64,000 bases of DNA from Dehalococcoidia bacterium (GTDB taxonomy: Bacteria; Chloroflexota; Dehalococcoidia; UBA6926). Below are positions 16,964 through 26,140 of the stretch, piece by piece (position 1 is the stretch's first letter; every line of letters starts with the position of its first letter). Under the pieces are notes generated by a model. The model was given only the letters and a program-made list of their open reading frames with translations, had not been told where the DNA came from and did no database searches. A program made the position numbers and the translations under genes. The stretch covers positions 21,180 through 85,179 of the forward strand of contig JBJKVP010000008.1 in the NCBI GenBank assembly GCA_045562535.1. The letters run 5' to 3'.

Positions 16964-17797
16964 TTGGAAATAATACCTGTAGAACAAAGAGGCTACGCTC
17001 ATCCTGAACTCATCGCAGAAACAAGCTGGCTTGCGACTCATATTTCTGACGAAGATATTCGAATAATAGATGCTCGCTCTTCCGAAGATTACGTCGAGTC
17101 TCATATACCCGGAGCCGTAAATCTTAGCGGTTTTCGAGGTATTCCAAGAACGGAGTCAGGAGAACTTGGAGATCCAGAAATATTTTCAGAAAAAGTAAGT
17201 AACTTGGGAATAGGTAACAACACAACCGTTATTGTGTATGACACTCCAAGCCAAATGATGGGGACAGTCGCTTGGGCCTTCCTGTACTACGGCCACACTA
17301 AGACCAAAATTCTGGACGGCGGCATAAACAAGTGGATATCAGAGGGTAACGCGATCTCAAAAACCGTTCCGGAATATCCGAAAGCATCATTTAAGGCAGA
17401 GTTAATAAGTTCAATTTACTGTTCTTTAAACGATGCTAAAAAGGGAGCAACAGATACCAACACCGTTTTTTGGGATACGCGCAGTCTGGGAGAGTATGAA
17501 GGTTCTACTTCAATAGGGGAAACACCTCCCGGTCGGATCCCTGGGGCAATCCATTTAGAATGGGTCGAATTATTTGATAAAGAAACAAAAACATTAAAGA
17601 GTGCCGACGAATTAAATCATTTGCTACTTTCTAATGGTATTACTCCAGAAAAAATAGTGAACAGTTATTGACAGGGTGGTGCGCGGGCGGCGCTCGCGAC
17701 GATAGTGCTAAAAATCTTGGGTTATGAAAATGCTAGAACATATGCGGGTTCATATGGTCAGTGGGCCAAACAACCTGACACACAAATAGAAACGTAA
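16964..17797 (+). CDS. tandem-domain rhodanese with in-frame TGA (17669-17671) at the catalytic Cys position; candidate selenocysteine rhodanese
   Basis: The frame continues 42 codons past the TGA to TAA 17795-17797. SY-[TGA]-QGGARAA aligns with LCQTAVRAT of the paralogue, and the downstream LGYEN..Y.GS..W..DT.I is conserved. Confidence 0.7.
17680..17701 (+). promoter_or_regulatory. candidate bacterial SECIS hairpin
   Basis: Stem 17682-17688 / 17692-17698 (6 Watson-Crick pairs plus 1 G-U) with a G-rich apical loop, starting 9-10 nt after the TGA. 21 of 24 nt are G/C in an AT-rich gene. Confidence 0.5.
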
Positions 17798-17820
17798 GAT
17801 TTGGTTCCGTGTCAGATACA

Positions 17821-17897
17821 TGGTGGGCGATACTGGGCTCAAACCAGTGACCTCTTGCATGTGAAGCAAGCGCTCTAACCGTCTGAGCTAACCACCC
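17821..17897 (-). tRNA. tRNA-Val (anticodon CAC), CCA encoded
   Basis: GGGTGGTTAGCTCAGACGGTTAGAGC..., anticodon stem CTTGC/GCAAG, loop TTCACAT. Confidence 0.9.
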
Positions 17898-17904
17898 TTG
17901 GGTT

Positions 17905-17980
17905 TGGTGGCAACGATAGGATTTGAACCTACGACCTAGCGCTTATGAAGCGCCCGCTCTAACCACTGAGCTACGTTGCC
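17905..17980 (-). tRNA. tRNA with CAT anticodon (elongator Met or Ile2), CCA encoded
   Basis: GGCAACGTAGCTCAGTGGTTAGAGC..., loop TTCATAA. G1-C72 pair and no GGG/CCC anticodon stem, so it is not an initiator. Confidence 0.85.
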
Positions 17981-18098
17981 CTGAAAATGCTTCGAACCGC
18001 CGGAGTATAGCATTACTCTTACTCAAGGGTCAAAAAAACAATCTGCTAGATATTTTCAGCTATAATATAGTCAATTTGTAGTTTATACAGTTAAAGGT

Positions 18099-18500
18099 AT
18101 GTTAATAATGGAACAAAATTTTGGAATAGACCCTTTTACACTTAGGGTCAAATCAGATTCTATATTGGAAAGGGACGTAGGAGAACTTAGGGCACTTCTT
18201 TCCTCTGCTATCTCACAAATAGATTCCTTTCCTCCAATATTCCCTGATTCCCCTTTAGAGGCAATTGAAGTAGAACCAAGAGAAATGGAGTCTCCGGAAA
18301 GAGGACCGATCGTTGTATGCCCTGATGCCGAGTTATATGAAATGGTTGTAAGGGCAACATTTGAAACCATAGGAGCACAAGACTATGCTGATCGGCGTGA
18401 AGAGATCAAACCACTTGAACTGCCCCTACACGAATATGTTGCATATTTGTACGCCGCTATTGTTGCTATAAGTGAATTCCTCGCTCAAGAAACAGGCTAG
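18099..18500 (+). CDS. hypothetical acidic protein
   Basis: 133-aa ORF with protein-like composition. No recognisable motif. The start is possibly ATG 18108. Confidence 0.4.
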   Translation: MLIMEQNFGIDPFTLRVKSDSILERDVGELRALLSSAISQIDSFPPIFPDSPLEAIEVEPREMESPERGPIVVCPDAELYEMVVRATFETIGAQDYADRREEIKPLELPLHEYVAYLYAAIVAISEFLAQETG

Positions 18501-18512
18501 CTAACATATATG

Positions 18513-19604
18513 TTAAATAAATCGCCTCAAAGTCTGGGTTATAGGTCGTTCAACTAAAACAAAGAAAATATACCCGACCAAAAGAGTAAGCGACGTGGAT
18601 ACCACTAACATCGTTATAAAGCCTAGCTCAACCGATGGTTCAATATATTTAAATACTAGAGAGAACGCTGGTAGGGTAAATACTTGAATAAGGTATATGG
18701 AATATGATGCATTGCCCAGTGCAACTAGCACCTTTAATGGTTTTATCATCGGCTCTCTCAACACATGCAACATTGAAAATAATATAAGTGCACTCGCAGG
18801 ACCCCATAACAAAAACCTAAGTAATTCCGTTTCTGGTCTCAGGAAGACTATCACAGGGATTAGAATAGAAAACCCCAAAACTCCTGTGAATCTTGATATA
18901 TATCTATCTGTCGAATTGCCTTTTAAATAATAATAGGCAAGAAAAACACCGAGTAAAAATTCCAGTAAAATAGGGTTCGTAACCTGGATCAAAAGCGGTA
19001 GATTAGGGGCGTGAATCAAAGAAACACATACGGATAACAAGAAAAATAATGCCATGAACCGAAGAGCGTTCTGTCTGTTCATAAACATCGAAACCGCAAA
19101 AATGACATAGAAATACATTTCAAAATTCAACGTCCAACCTAAACCAATAACTGGGGAGTCAACTAGATCGACGCTAGTCCATGGGATGAATAGGTAGGAT
19201 GCTACAATCCAGCTGACATCTAAAGTCTGTCTATACGTAAATAGGTCAGGCCTGATTGCTAATATAAAGACAGATAGAGTAGTTAGAATCCAATAAATAG
19301 GTACAATTCTGATAAGGCGTTTCACAAAAAAAGTCTTTTGAGCTTTCGTTTGCGCAAATTGATTCGAAGCAGAATACAGCATAATAAATCCACTGATTAA
19401 AAAGAAAATGTGTACACCCACTTGAACTGCATCTCCCCAATTGGGCAACAGCTTAGGATCTAAGGGCTGCAAGATATCGTTTACTTGGGGAAAAGTTCTT
19501 GCTATACGACTTTCTGCATGAGCAAGTACAACCAATAACCCAGCAAAAAACCGCATGAGTTGAACCGAATCTAACCTATTAGTAGTATTAGTTTCTATCA
19601 CCAT
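18513..19604 (-). CDS. acyltransferase family 3 membrane protein
   Basis: 363 aa with about 10 TM segments. N-terminal LD.VQL.RF.A.L.VV..H motif of O-acyltransferases. Confidence 0.75.
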   Translation of the reverse strand: MVIETNTTNRLDSVQLMRFFAGLLVVLAHAESRIARTFPQVNDILQPLDPKLLPNWGDAVQVGVHIFFLISGFIMLYSASNQFAQTKAQKTFFVKRLIRIVPIYWILTTLSVFILAIRPDLFTYRQTLDVSWIVASYLFIPWTSVDLVDSPVIGLGWTLNFEMYFYVIFAVSMFMNRQNALRFMALFFLLSVCVSLIHAPNLPLLIQVTNPILLEFLLGVFLAYYYLKGNSTDRYISRFTGVLGFSILIPVIVFLRPETELLRFLLWGPASALILFSMLHVLREPMIKPLKVLVALGNASYSIYLIQVFTLPAFSLVFKYIEPSVELGFITMLVVSTSLTLLVGYIFFVLVERPITQTLRRFI

Positions 19605-19620
19605 ATTCTAGGTTAATTGA

Positions 19621-20145
19621 TTAAATTTCTTTAAAAGAATCACCTTTGTATGTCTCCCTGCTGTTTAGATAAGCTTTCAGAGGCCCTTGCTGAACTTGTC
19701 TTAAACGTTCATCTACTTCTCTCACGGGTTTTGCAGGGAATCCCATCATTACTGTGTTTGGTTCTACATTAGTACCAGCAGTTACCAAAGCACCTGCTCC
19801 AATAATAGATCCTTCACCGATGTTAACCTGAGCGCCTGCAGCGCCGACTACCTTCGCACCATTTGCTATAAGCACGTTGTTACCGGTCTCTACACAGTGA
19901 ACTAGAGTTTGATGCGCAATTACACAATCTTTTCCTATAGTGGTTTCTTCATGAATGACTGCTCCATCCTGAACATTTGAATTTTCACCAATTGTTATTT
20001 TGCCACTGTCACCACGTAGCGTAGCGTTAAACCAAATGCTCACATTAGCTTCAATAACCACATCTCCGATTATTGAAGCAGACGGTGCTATAAACGCTGT
20101 CGGATGAATCTTTGGTGTTTTACCATTCACTGAATATACTGGCAT
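19621..20145 (-). CDS. gamma-carbonic-anhydrase-like left-handed beta-helix protein (YrdA/PaaY family)
   Basis: Hexapeptide repeats and an N-terminal P.I...AFIAP.A.IIGDV motif. A GGAGGGG SD favours ATG 20145 over 20157. Confidence 0.8.
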   Translation of the reverse strand: MPVYSVNGKTPKIHPTAFIAPSASIIGDVVIEANVSIWFNATLRGDSGKITIGENSNVQDGAVIHEETTIGKDCVIAHQTLVHCVETGNNVLIANGAKVVGAAGAQVNIGEGSIIGAGALVTAGTNVEPNTVMMGFPAKPVREVDERLRQVQQGPLKAYLNSRETYKGDSFKEI

Positions 20146-20172
20146 ATTCCCCTCCATATATTATTTTATACT

Positions 20173-20646
20173 CTAATTTAAACCAATCTCTACGATAGCT
20201 GTTCCTCCTTGAGGTCTTTGTCCATCATCTCTTATTATATATAAATCAAGTTCAAGAACGACTTTATCTTGTTCCTCTATTCTATCGGTGACAACACCAC
20301 CAACCTGAACTCTATCTCCTTGCATTAGCGGCTGTCTAAAAACGCAATCCATTTTCTTAATAATGGAATCAGGGATCCATTTTTTTACCGCTGATTCCAT
20401 AGCCATCATGCCATAATTACCAGGGACTATAAGGCCTTTAAATCCTTCCTCTTTAGCCGAACCTATGTCAGTAAACCTATTTGGACCAGACATTGGAGAG
20501 TTAGTAGAATTATAGGTTTCCTCAGGTTCTTGTTCAGAATTGGATAACCAACCGGATAACGACATCAAACTTGAAACCATATCTTTATCAGGTACCCAAT
20601 CCATCAAATCAAGTTCATCGCCGACATCTATAGAATTATCATCCAT
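20173..20646 (-). CDS. MaoC-like hotdog-fold dehydratase subunit
   Basis: 157 aa with a hotdog-fold C-terminal half. Paired with the upstream hotdog gene. Confidence 0.6.
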   Translation of the reverse strand: MDDNSIDVGDELDLMDWVPDKDMVSSLMSLSGWLSNSEQEPEETYNSTNSPMSGPNRFTDIGSAKEEGFKGLIVPGNYGMMAMESAVKKWIPDSIIKKMDCVFRQPLMQGDRVQVGGVVTDRIEEQDKVVLELDLYIIRDDGQRPQGGTAIVEIGLN

Positions 20647-20651
20647 GTAAC

Positions 20652-21104
20652 TTACTTTCCAGGCTTTCCGGGAGCCCTATAAACCATTGAATCAGTAGCT
20701 CTAGCAACCAATTCACCTTTAGGATTTCGGAACAAAATTTCCCACACTTCGAACGCCATTGTTCCTGATCTACCGGTTTTTGTATAAACCTCTTTAAATA
20801 TTGCGCTACGCTCGAGAGTATCACCTTCGAAAACTGTGTCAAAAACTTCAATCGATCGCCCAGCATTGAGGCCTACTGAGGCACCTTTTAATTTCACGTT
20901 AGAGCCAATTTGCACAGATCTATTGAAAAATACATTCAACATATTTACTGGTACTTCAATTTTCCCAGATTCGTCCTTAGATATTGGATGTCCAGTAGCT
21001 TCACAATATGTCTCAATAAGATCATCAGTTATAGTTATAGATCCGTTAGGCTGCTCAACGTTGAGCATCTCTTGATTGTATGTTAGATCACCTGAATCAG
21101 GCAT
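20652..21104 (-). CDS. MaoC N-terminal-like (FAS1 dehydratase-type) hotdog-fold protein
   Basis: 150 aa, adjacent to and co-directional with 20173-20646, consistent with a two-subunit hydratase arrangement. Confidence 0.55.
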   Translation of the reverse strand: MPDSGDLTYNQEMLNVEQPNGSITITDDLIETYCEATGHPISKDESGKIEVPVNMLNVFFNRSVQIGSNVKLKGASVGLNAGRSIEVFDTVFEGDTLERSAIFKEVYTKTGRSGTMAFEVWEILFRNPKGELVARATDSMVYRAPGKPGK

Positions 21105-21120
21105 GCACTTAACTCCTTAG

Positions 21121-21774
21121 TTAATTCATTATAGCTTCTTCTAAAACAACTGCATCAAAAGTACCGGACAATAATTGTTGGACAAGCATAGATTCGTCCA
21201 AAATCTCATTTTCAAAAGCTGTCATGCATTTAGCAATAGCACTAACAAAGTGGGCATCGCTTCCTCCTGTACCTCTGTAGCCCATTTTTATAGCAAGATC
21301 CTGGGCTATATCCGCTTCTTCCGGTCTATTACCACCATTCAATTGTTCCACCGTATCTATCGTTGGGAACTCGATCCCTTGTCTCATCCATTCAGATAAA
21401 CCGATACCAGATCGCCCGGGGTGAGCAGGTATAGCGATCGCACCAGTCTGTTTAGCAATTTCCATAAGGAAAAAAGAGTCTATGTTCACATCGCTGAAAT
21501 CAATTATTTCGGTCATTTGCTTGCTAACGCCATAGACCAAAAAGTGCCCGTGTTTTGTGTCAAGTTCTGCTCCTTTCAGTACAACAGTTTGGTAATTTTC
21601 TGAAAGTTCACTGTAATCGACAGAAAAATCGAACTGGCGATGCTCGGTTAAAACAATACCATCGATTTTAGATCCTTTTTCTCTAAGTCTTTTTATCCAT
21701 TTCAAATACTGCTCCACGGAAGCCCGTGAGTCATCAGACGCTATCGAGTGGCAATGCAAGTCAAAATAGAACAT
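21121..21774 (-). CDS. PHP-domain phosphoesterase
   Basis: N-terminal FDLHCHSIASDD plus downstream His/Asp metal ligands (TEH, AHP, GSDAH). Confidence 0.8.
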   Translation of the reverse strand: MFYFDLHCHSIASDDSRASVEQYLKWIKRLREKGSKIDGIVLTEHRQFDFSVDYSELSENYQTVVLKGAELDTKHGHFLVYGVSKQMTEIIDFSDVNIDSFFLMEIAKQTGAIAIPAHPGRSGIGLSEWMRQGIEFPTIDTVEQLNGGNRPEEADIAQDLAIKMGYRGTGGSDAHFVSAIAKCMTAFENEILDESMLVQQLLSGTFDAVVLEEAIMN

Positions 21775-21835
21775 ACGGTTGGATATGCTAGCATGAGAAA
21801 ACCGTAAGATACAAGTATTTTCTGCAGAACTTCGT

Positions 21836-22960
21836 CTAATATTGCACTTGAGACCCTACAAAAGTCCGAGCCCATTCATCTGCAATGAATATATCATCAA
21901 TTGTTTCAACGCTAGTTGCCCTATGATTGCCTAAGGTCATTTCAATAATTCCCGGTATTTCTGTAAACCCTATCTGTTGAGATAAAAAGAGATCAACGGC
22001 AGCATCATTAGCAGCTGCAACCACGGCGGGGTATGTTTCCCCTAATTTAATAGCCTCCAAAGCCAGTCGGTAACTGGAAAATAGTTCTTCTTCTAAAGAC
22101 TCAAAAGAAACTTTCCCAAGTTCAAGTAAATTCACTCGGGTAACCTGGGCGTTTGCCCAGCGATCTGGATAAGCTAGTGCTAATTGCACAGGAACCCTCA
22201 TATCGGGATTAGATAATACGGCCTTAACAGAACCATCCTGAAACTCTGTCAAAGCTCTTACTACACTTTCCGGGTGGTATACAACTCTAATATTTTCAAC
22301 AGGTATATCATAGAGGTGATGGATAGCACTCAATTGGGTTGCCTTTGTGATCAAAGTAGATGAATCAATGCTTCTTCGCTGGCCTACTTTTCTTGAAGGG
22401 CGAACAAGAGCATTAAGGCCATGACTTCTTAAGCGCCTAGCATTGATTGTCCCCCAAGTTGATGTAATTGTTACTTGATCAACCGTTTCACGATCTTCTC
22501 CCCACAAGGTTTGCCAAACCCCTGCTGGTTCATCATCCAATGGGAAAATAGAAGCTCCTGTTTCTTGTGCAGTTTTTTTGAGTAAGGATCCCATAACAAA
22601 CAACAGATCAATGTTACCCAAAGCAACTCTTTTTCCAGCTCGGACAGCATCCCAGGTAGCCCTTAAGCTAGATTTCCCCACATGCGAAATGAAAACCATG
22701 TCTACTTCTTCAGATGTTACTAGTTCAGATGCTGATACAACTCGTACATCTCCTACAGAGGAATCCCATTCACCATGAGCTAGTGAGATCATATTAGGCC
22801 GATATTTTAAGACTTGCTCTTGTAATCTATCAACATTAGATCCCGTGCCTAAAGCTACGATATTGATTTCCTCTTCTAGAGAATCAATAACATCCAATAT
22901 TGTTCTTCCGAGTGAACCTGTAGAACCAATAATGGCGATGTTTAAAGGATCGGTTTTCAT
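21836..22960 (-). CDS. divergent DXR-family protein (paralogue of 1-deoxy-D-xylulose-5-phosphate reductoisomerase with an altered active site)
   Basis: Keeps IIGSTGSLG (NADPH) and HPES, but reads LDDEPAG for LDSEHSA, TSTWGTI for TASGGPF and ITKATQLSAI for MNKAFEVIEA, relative to the dxr at 50507-51676. Confidence 0.7.
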   Translation of the reverse strand: MKTDPLNIAIIGSTGSLGRTILDVIDSLEEEINIVALGTGSNVDRLQEQVLKYRPNMISLAHGEWDSSVGDVRVVSASELVTSEEVDMVFISHVGKSSLRATWDAVRAGKRVALGNIDLLFVMGSLLKKTAQETGASIFPLDDEPAGVWQTLWGEDRETVDQVTITSTWGTINARRLRSHGLNALVRPSRKVGQRRSIDSSTLITKATQLSAIHHLYDIPVENIRVVYHPESVVRALTEFQDGSVKAVLSNPDMRVPVQLALAYPDRWANAQVTRVNLLELGKVSFESLEEELFSSYRLALEAIKLGETYPAVVAAANDAAVDLFLSQQIGFTEIPGIIEMTLGNHRATSVETIDDIFIADEWARTFVGSQVQY

Positions 22961-22985
22961 ATTGTAAAACTTATCCTATCTATAT

Positions 22986-24341
22986 CTAAAGATTATCTAG
23001 TTTGTTTTCAACCACGTATTGGAGATATTCCTTGAGAGTATCATTTTCAACAGTATCAATAACTTCAGCAACAAACGCTCTAATTAATATTCGTTTAGCC
23101 TGTTCTTCTGTAACGCCTCGACTCATTAGGTAGAAAATTGCATCTTCGTCGATTTGACCACACGCTGCTCCGTGACCACATCTGACATCATCACAATAAA
23201 CCCAAAAAGCTGGCTTGGTATCTGCTTCAGCCGTATTAGAAAGAAGTAAATTTTTATCTACTTGATTAGCGTTTACACCGGCGGCTTTTTCACGAACAAT
23301 GATACTTCCATGAAATACAGACCTTGAATGACCATCAAGTATACCCTTATATATTTCGTTACTATCATTATTTCCAACGACATGATCAATGACCACCTGA
23401 TTATCGATGTGTTGGGATCTGCTCACCACATAGGCTCCATTGATTCTAGCAAAACCACCTTCTCCAAGCATTTTTATATTTAAATTATTTCTTGCTAATC
23501 GTGATCCTATATCAAGATTCATCGAGCTAAACCGTGCGTTCGCTTGGACTTCGACATCGGTGGTAGAAACGTGATACGTATTTTCGTTGTAATCCTGAGT
23601 TTTAGTGTAATTTAAAATTGATCCTTGTCCAACAATAATCTCAGTCACCGCATTAGAGAAATGTTTAGTATTTCCAACTGATGCATAACTTTCAATTACA
23701 TTAGATACGCTGTCGTTACCAGCAACAATCAGCACTCTAGGTATAGAGAAGCTCTGGCTAACTAAATCAGTGGACACAAATATGACCTGTATCAGCTGAT
23801 CTGATCTTTGTTTTGGCAATATATGTATAAATGCTCCTTGATCAAGAAACGCCGTGTTCATTGCAGTAAATCCACTCACATCAGTGGTAGATCTCGTACT
23901 AATATACTCATCAATAACTGAACTGTATGATTTATTTCTTGCATCCACCAAATTACTAATTTCAACAGAGGATTGCTCTTCAGGGATATTTGAAAGATCT
24001 GGTTTGTATATACCATCCACAAAAATTAGCGATGTTGTAGTGTTTTCTTTGTCAATTAGCACCGATTCAATAGCATCTTTAATACGGTTATCTTCTCCTG
24101 AATTCACAACTTGCTTAGCCTCATAAGGCGATTCGAAGCTGTCGTTCATTATGGGTCTAATATCTGTGTACTTCCACTCCTCGTTACCTTTCCTTTTTGC
24201 AGGAAAACCTAAACTCAGAAAATCTTTCAATCCTGTGGATCGTACTTTGGATGTAGTATCTGATTGATCTTGGAAAAGCTTCTCGCTCACAAGGCGATCA
24301 TATGCTTCTTGGTAATCATGTTCTTTAATTTTATTAGTCAC
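22986..24341 (-). CDS. sufD: Fe-S cluster assembly protein SufD
   Basis: 451 aa. C-terminal beta-helix region with the motifs shared with SufB (KP.F.VY.DDV.C.HGA..G..DE...FYL..RG). Confidence 0.85.
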   Translation of the reverse strand: MTNKIKEHDYQEAYDRLVSEKLFQDQSDTTSKVRSTGLKDFLSLGFPAKRKGNEEWKYTDIRPIMNDSFESPYEAKQVVNSGEDNRIKDAIESVLIDKENTTTSLIFVDGIYKPDLSNIPEEQSSVEISNLVDARNKSYSSVIDEYISTRSTTDVSGFTAMNTAFLDQGAFIHILPKQRSDQLIQVIFVSTDLVSQSFSIPRVLIVAGNDSVSNVIESYASVGNTKHFSNAVTEIIVGQGSILNYTKTQDYNENTYHVSTTDVEVQANARFSSMNLDIGSRLARNNLNIKMLGEGGFARINGAYVVSRSQHIDNQVVIDHVVGNNDSNEIYKGILDGHSRSVFHGSIIVREKAAGVNANQVDKNLLLSNTAEADTKPAFWVYCDDVRCGHGAACGQIDEDAIFYLMSRGVTEEQAKRILIRAFVAEVIDTVENDTLKEYLQYVVENKLDNL

Positions 24342-24396
24342 AATTAATCACCATACGCAACTGATAAATAGTTTTATGAGGGATAGTTAACATGGA

Positions 24397-25875
24397 TTAG
24401 CCAACGGCTCCTTCTAAATTCATCTCCAAAAGACGTGTTGCTTCAACAGAAAATTCAAACGGTAGATTCCTAAATACTTGTTCACAAAAGCCATTTATTA
24501 TCATTGAATGTGCTTTTTCAACAGATATACCTCTTGAGTTGCAGTAAAAAAGTTGGTCTTCACTGACTTTAGAAGTATAAGCCTCGTGCTCTAAAAACGC
24601 GCTTTTATTTTTTACTTCAACATAAGGGGTAGTATGAGCCCCACATTCATCACCGATTAACAAAGAATCACATTGAGTGAAATTTGAAGCGTTTTCTGCG
24701 CCAGGGTTGATTCTCACAAGCCCACGATATGTATTTTCGGCTTTACCTGCAGAAATACCTTTAGATATTATCGTACTTTTTGTGTTCTTACCGATATGAG
24801 TCATTTTACTTCCGGTATCTGCCTGCTGATGACCTTTGGCAAGAGCTACTGAATAGAACTCTCCAATAGAATCGTCTCCTTGGAGTATTACACTCGGATA
24901 TTTCCATGTAATTGCTGATCCAGTTTCAACTTGGGTCCAAGATATTTTCGACCTTTTACCCAAACATTTACCCCTTTTAGTAACAAAGTTAAAAACTCCA
25001 CCTTTTCCATTTTCATCTCCAGGGTACCAGTTCTGTATAGTCGAGTATTTAATTTCAGCATCATCCATAGTAACTAATTCGACAACGGCAGCATGCAGTT
25101 GGTTCGTATCGCGAACAGGGGCACTACAGCCTTCTAGATAGCTAACATAAGAAGAGTCTTCTGCCACTATCAAAGTTCTTTCGAATTGGCCAGTGTTTTC
25201 AGCGTTAATCCTAAAATAAGTAGTAAGTTCCATAGGGCATCTTACTCCCTTGGGTACGTAACAAAAAGATCCATCCGAAAAGACTGCAGAGTTAAGGGCA
25301 GCATAAAAGTTATCAGAATAGGGAACCACGCTCCCTAAATATTTTTTTACTAGTTCAGGATGATTTACAACGGCTTCTGAAAACGAAGAAAATATAATAC
25401 CTTCCTCGGCGAGTTTCTCTTTGAAAGTAGTAGCTACCGAGACACTATCAAAAACTGCATCAACCGCGACACCAGCAAGCATTTTTTGTTCTTCCAACGG
25501 AATTCCCAGCTTTTCAAACGTAGCCAGTATGTCTGGATCAACCTCATCAAGACTTTCTAGAAGTTCTTTAGTTTTCGGTGCCGAATAATATATTATGTCT
25601 TGGAAATCAATTGGGTCGTGCTTGATATGAGCCCATTCTGGAACATCGCCCCCATCAACCAGTGATTCCCAATGTCTAAATGCTTTTAGACGCCATTCTA
25701 AAAGCCATTCTGGTTCTTCTTTTTTAGCCGATATCCATCTTACCGTATCCTCAGTAAGACCTGGGGGAGCCGTTTCTGACTCAATATCTGTAACAAAACC
25801 ATATTTATAGTCTTGCGCGATATTTTCTTTAACTATTTGATTCTTTTCCGCTGAATCTAATTCATCTGTTGTCAT
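24397..25875 (-). CDS. sufB: Fe-S cluster assembly scaffold SufB
   Basis: 492 aa. Typical SufB motifs ([25 protein letters not shown]). Confidence 0.9.
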   Translation of the reverse strand: MTTDELDSAEKNQIVKENIAQDYKYGFVTDIESETAPPGLTEDTVRWISAKKEEPEWLLEWRLKAFRHWESLVDGGDVPEWAHIKHDPIDFQDIIYYSAPKTKELLESLDEVDPDILATFEKLGIPLEEQKMLAGVAVDAVFDSVSVATTFKEKLAEEGIIFSSFSEAVVNHPELVKKYLGSVVPYSDNFYAALNSAVFSDGSFCYVPKGVRCPMELTTYFRINAENTGQFERTLIVAEDSSYVSYLEGCSAPVRDTNQLHAAVVELVTMDDAEIKYSTIQNWYPGDENGKGGVFNFVTKRGKCLGKRSKISWTQVETGSAITWKYPSVILQGDDSIGEFYSVALAKGHQQADTGSKMTHIGKNTKSTIISKGISAGKAENTYRGLVRINPGAENASNFTQCDSLLIGDECGAHTTPYVEVKNKSAFLEHEAYTSKVSEDQLFYCNSRGISVEKAHSMIINGFCEQVFRNLPFEFSVEATRLLEMNLEGAVG

Positions 25876-25949
25876 TCACATGTTCCTATCAATCAAACTT
25901 GGAAAACTGCTTTTATTTCTACAAAAATTATGCACTACAAACACGGGAA

Positions 25950-25979
25950 AGTATATCTGTTTTTCTATCTGAATGTCAA
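25950..25979 (-). promoter_or_regulatory. sigma70-type promoter for sufB
   Basis: Minus strand: TTGACA (25979-25974), 18-nt spacer, TATACT (25955-25950). Confidence 0.5.
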
Positions 25980-26140
25980 TGTAACACGTATATATTGCCG
26001 TAAAATCCAGTATATCTCAAAAGAGGCCTACAAATTATTCCGATTAAAGAGTATATTCCGTATATAACAATTAATACTGATCTAATAATAGAAGTCTAGG
26101 CTTGAAGCCAACAAGGCTTGTAGTAGAAAGTAGGAAGATA

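Noticed and set aside
17669-17671. The rhodanese TGA, and the FrnE-like TGA at 26189, considered as evidence of a TGA-reassigned genetic code or of pseudogenes.
   Set aside because: TGA terminates other well-conserved genes at their expected ends (fbp, moaC). Both interrupted genes are otherwise intact, with conserved sequence on both sides and the TGA exactly at a redox or catalytic Cys. Pseudogenisation cannot be fully excluded without the sel genes.
25951-26066. Five copies of GTATAT(A/C/T) in the sufB / FrnE-like divergent intergenic region, considered as a possible operator array.
   Set aside because: The motif is AT-rich and low in information. At least one copy is simply the sufB -10 box (TATACT) and another a likely -10 for the + strand gene. 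The spacing is irregular (37, 22, 41, 9 nt).
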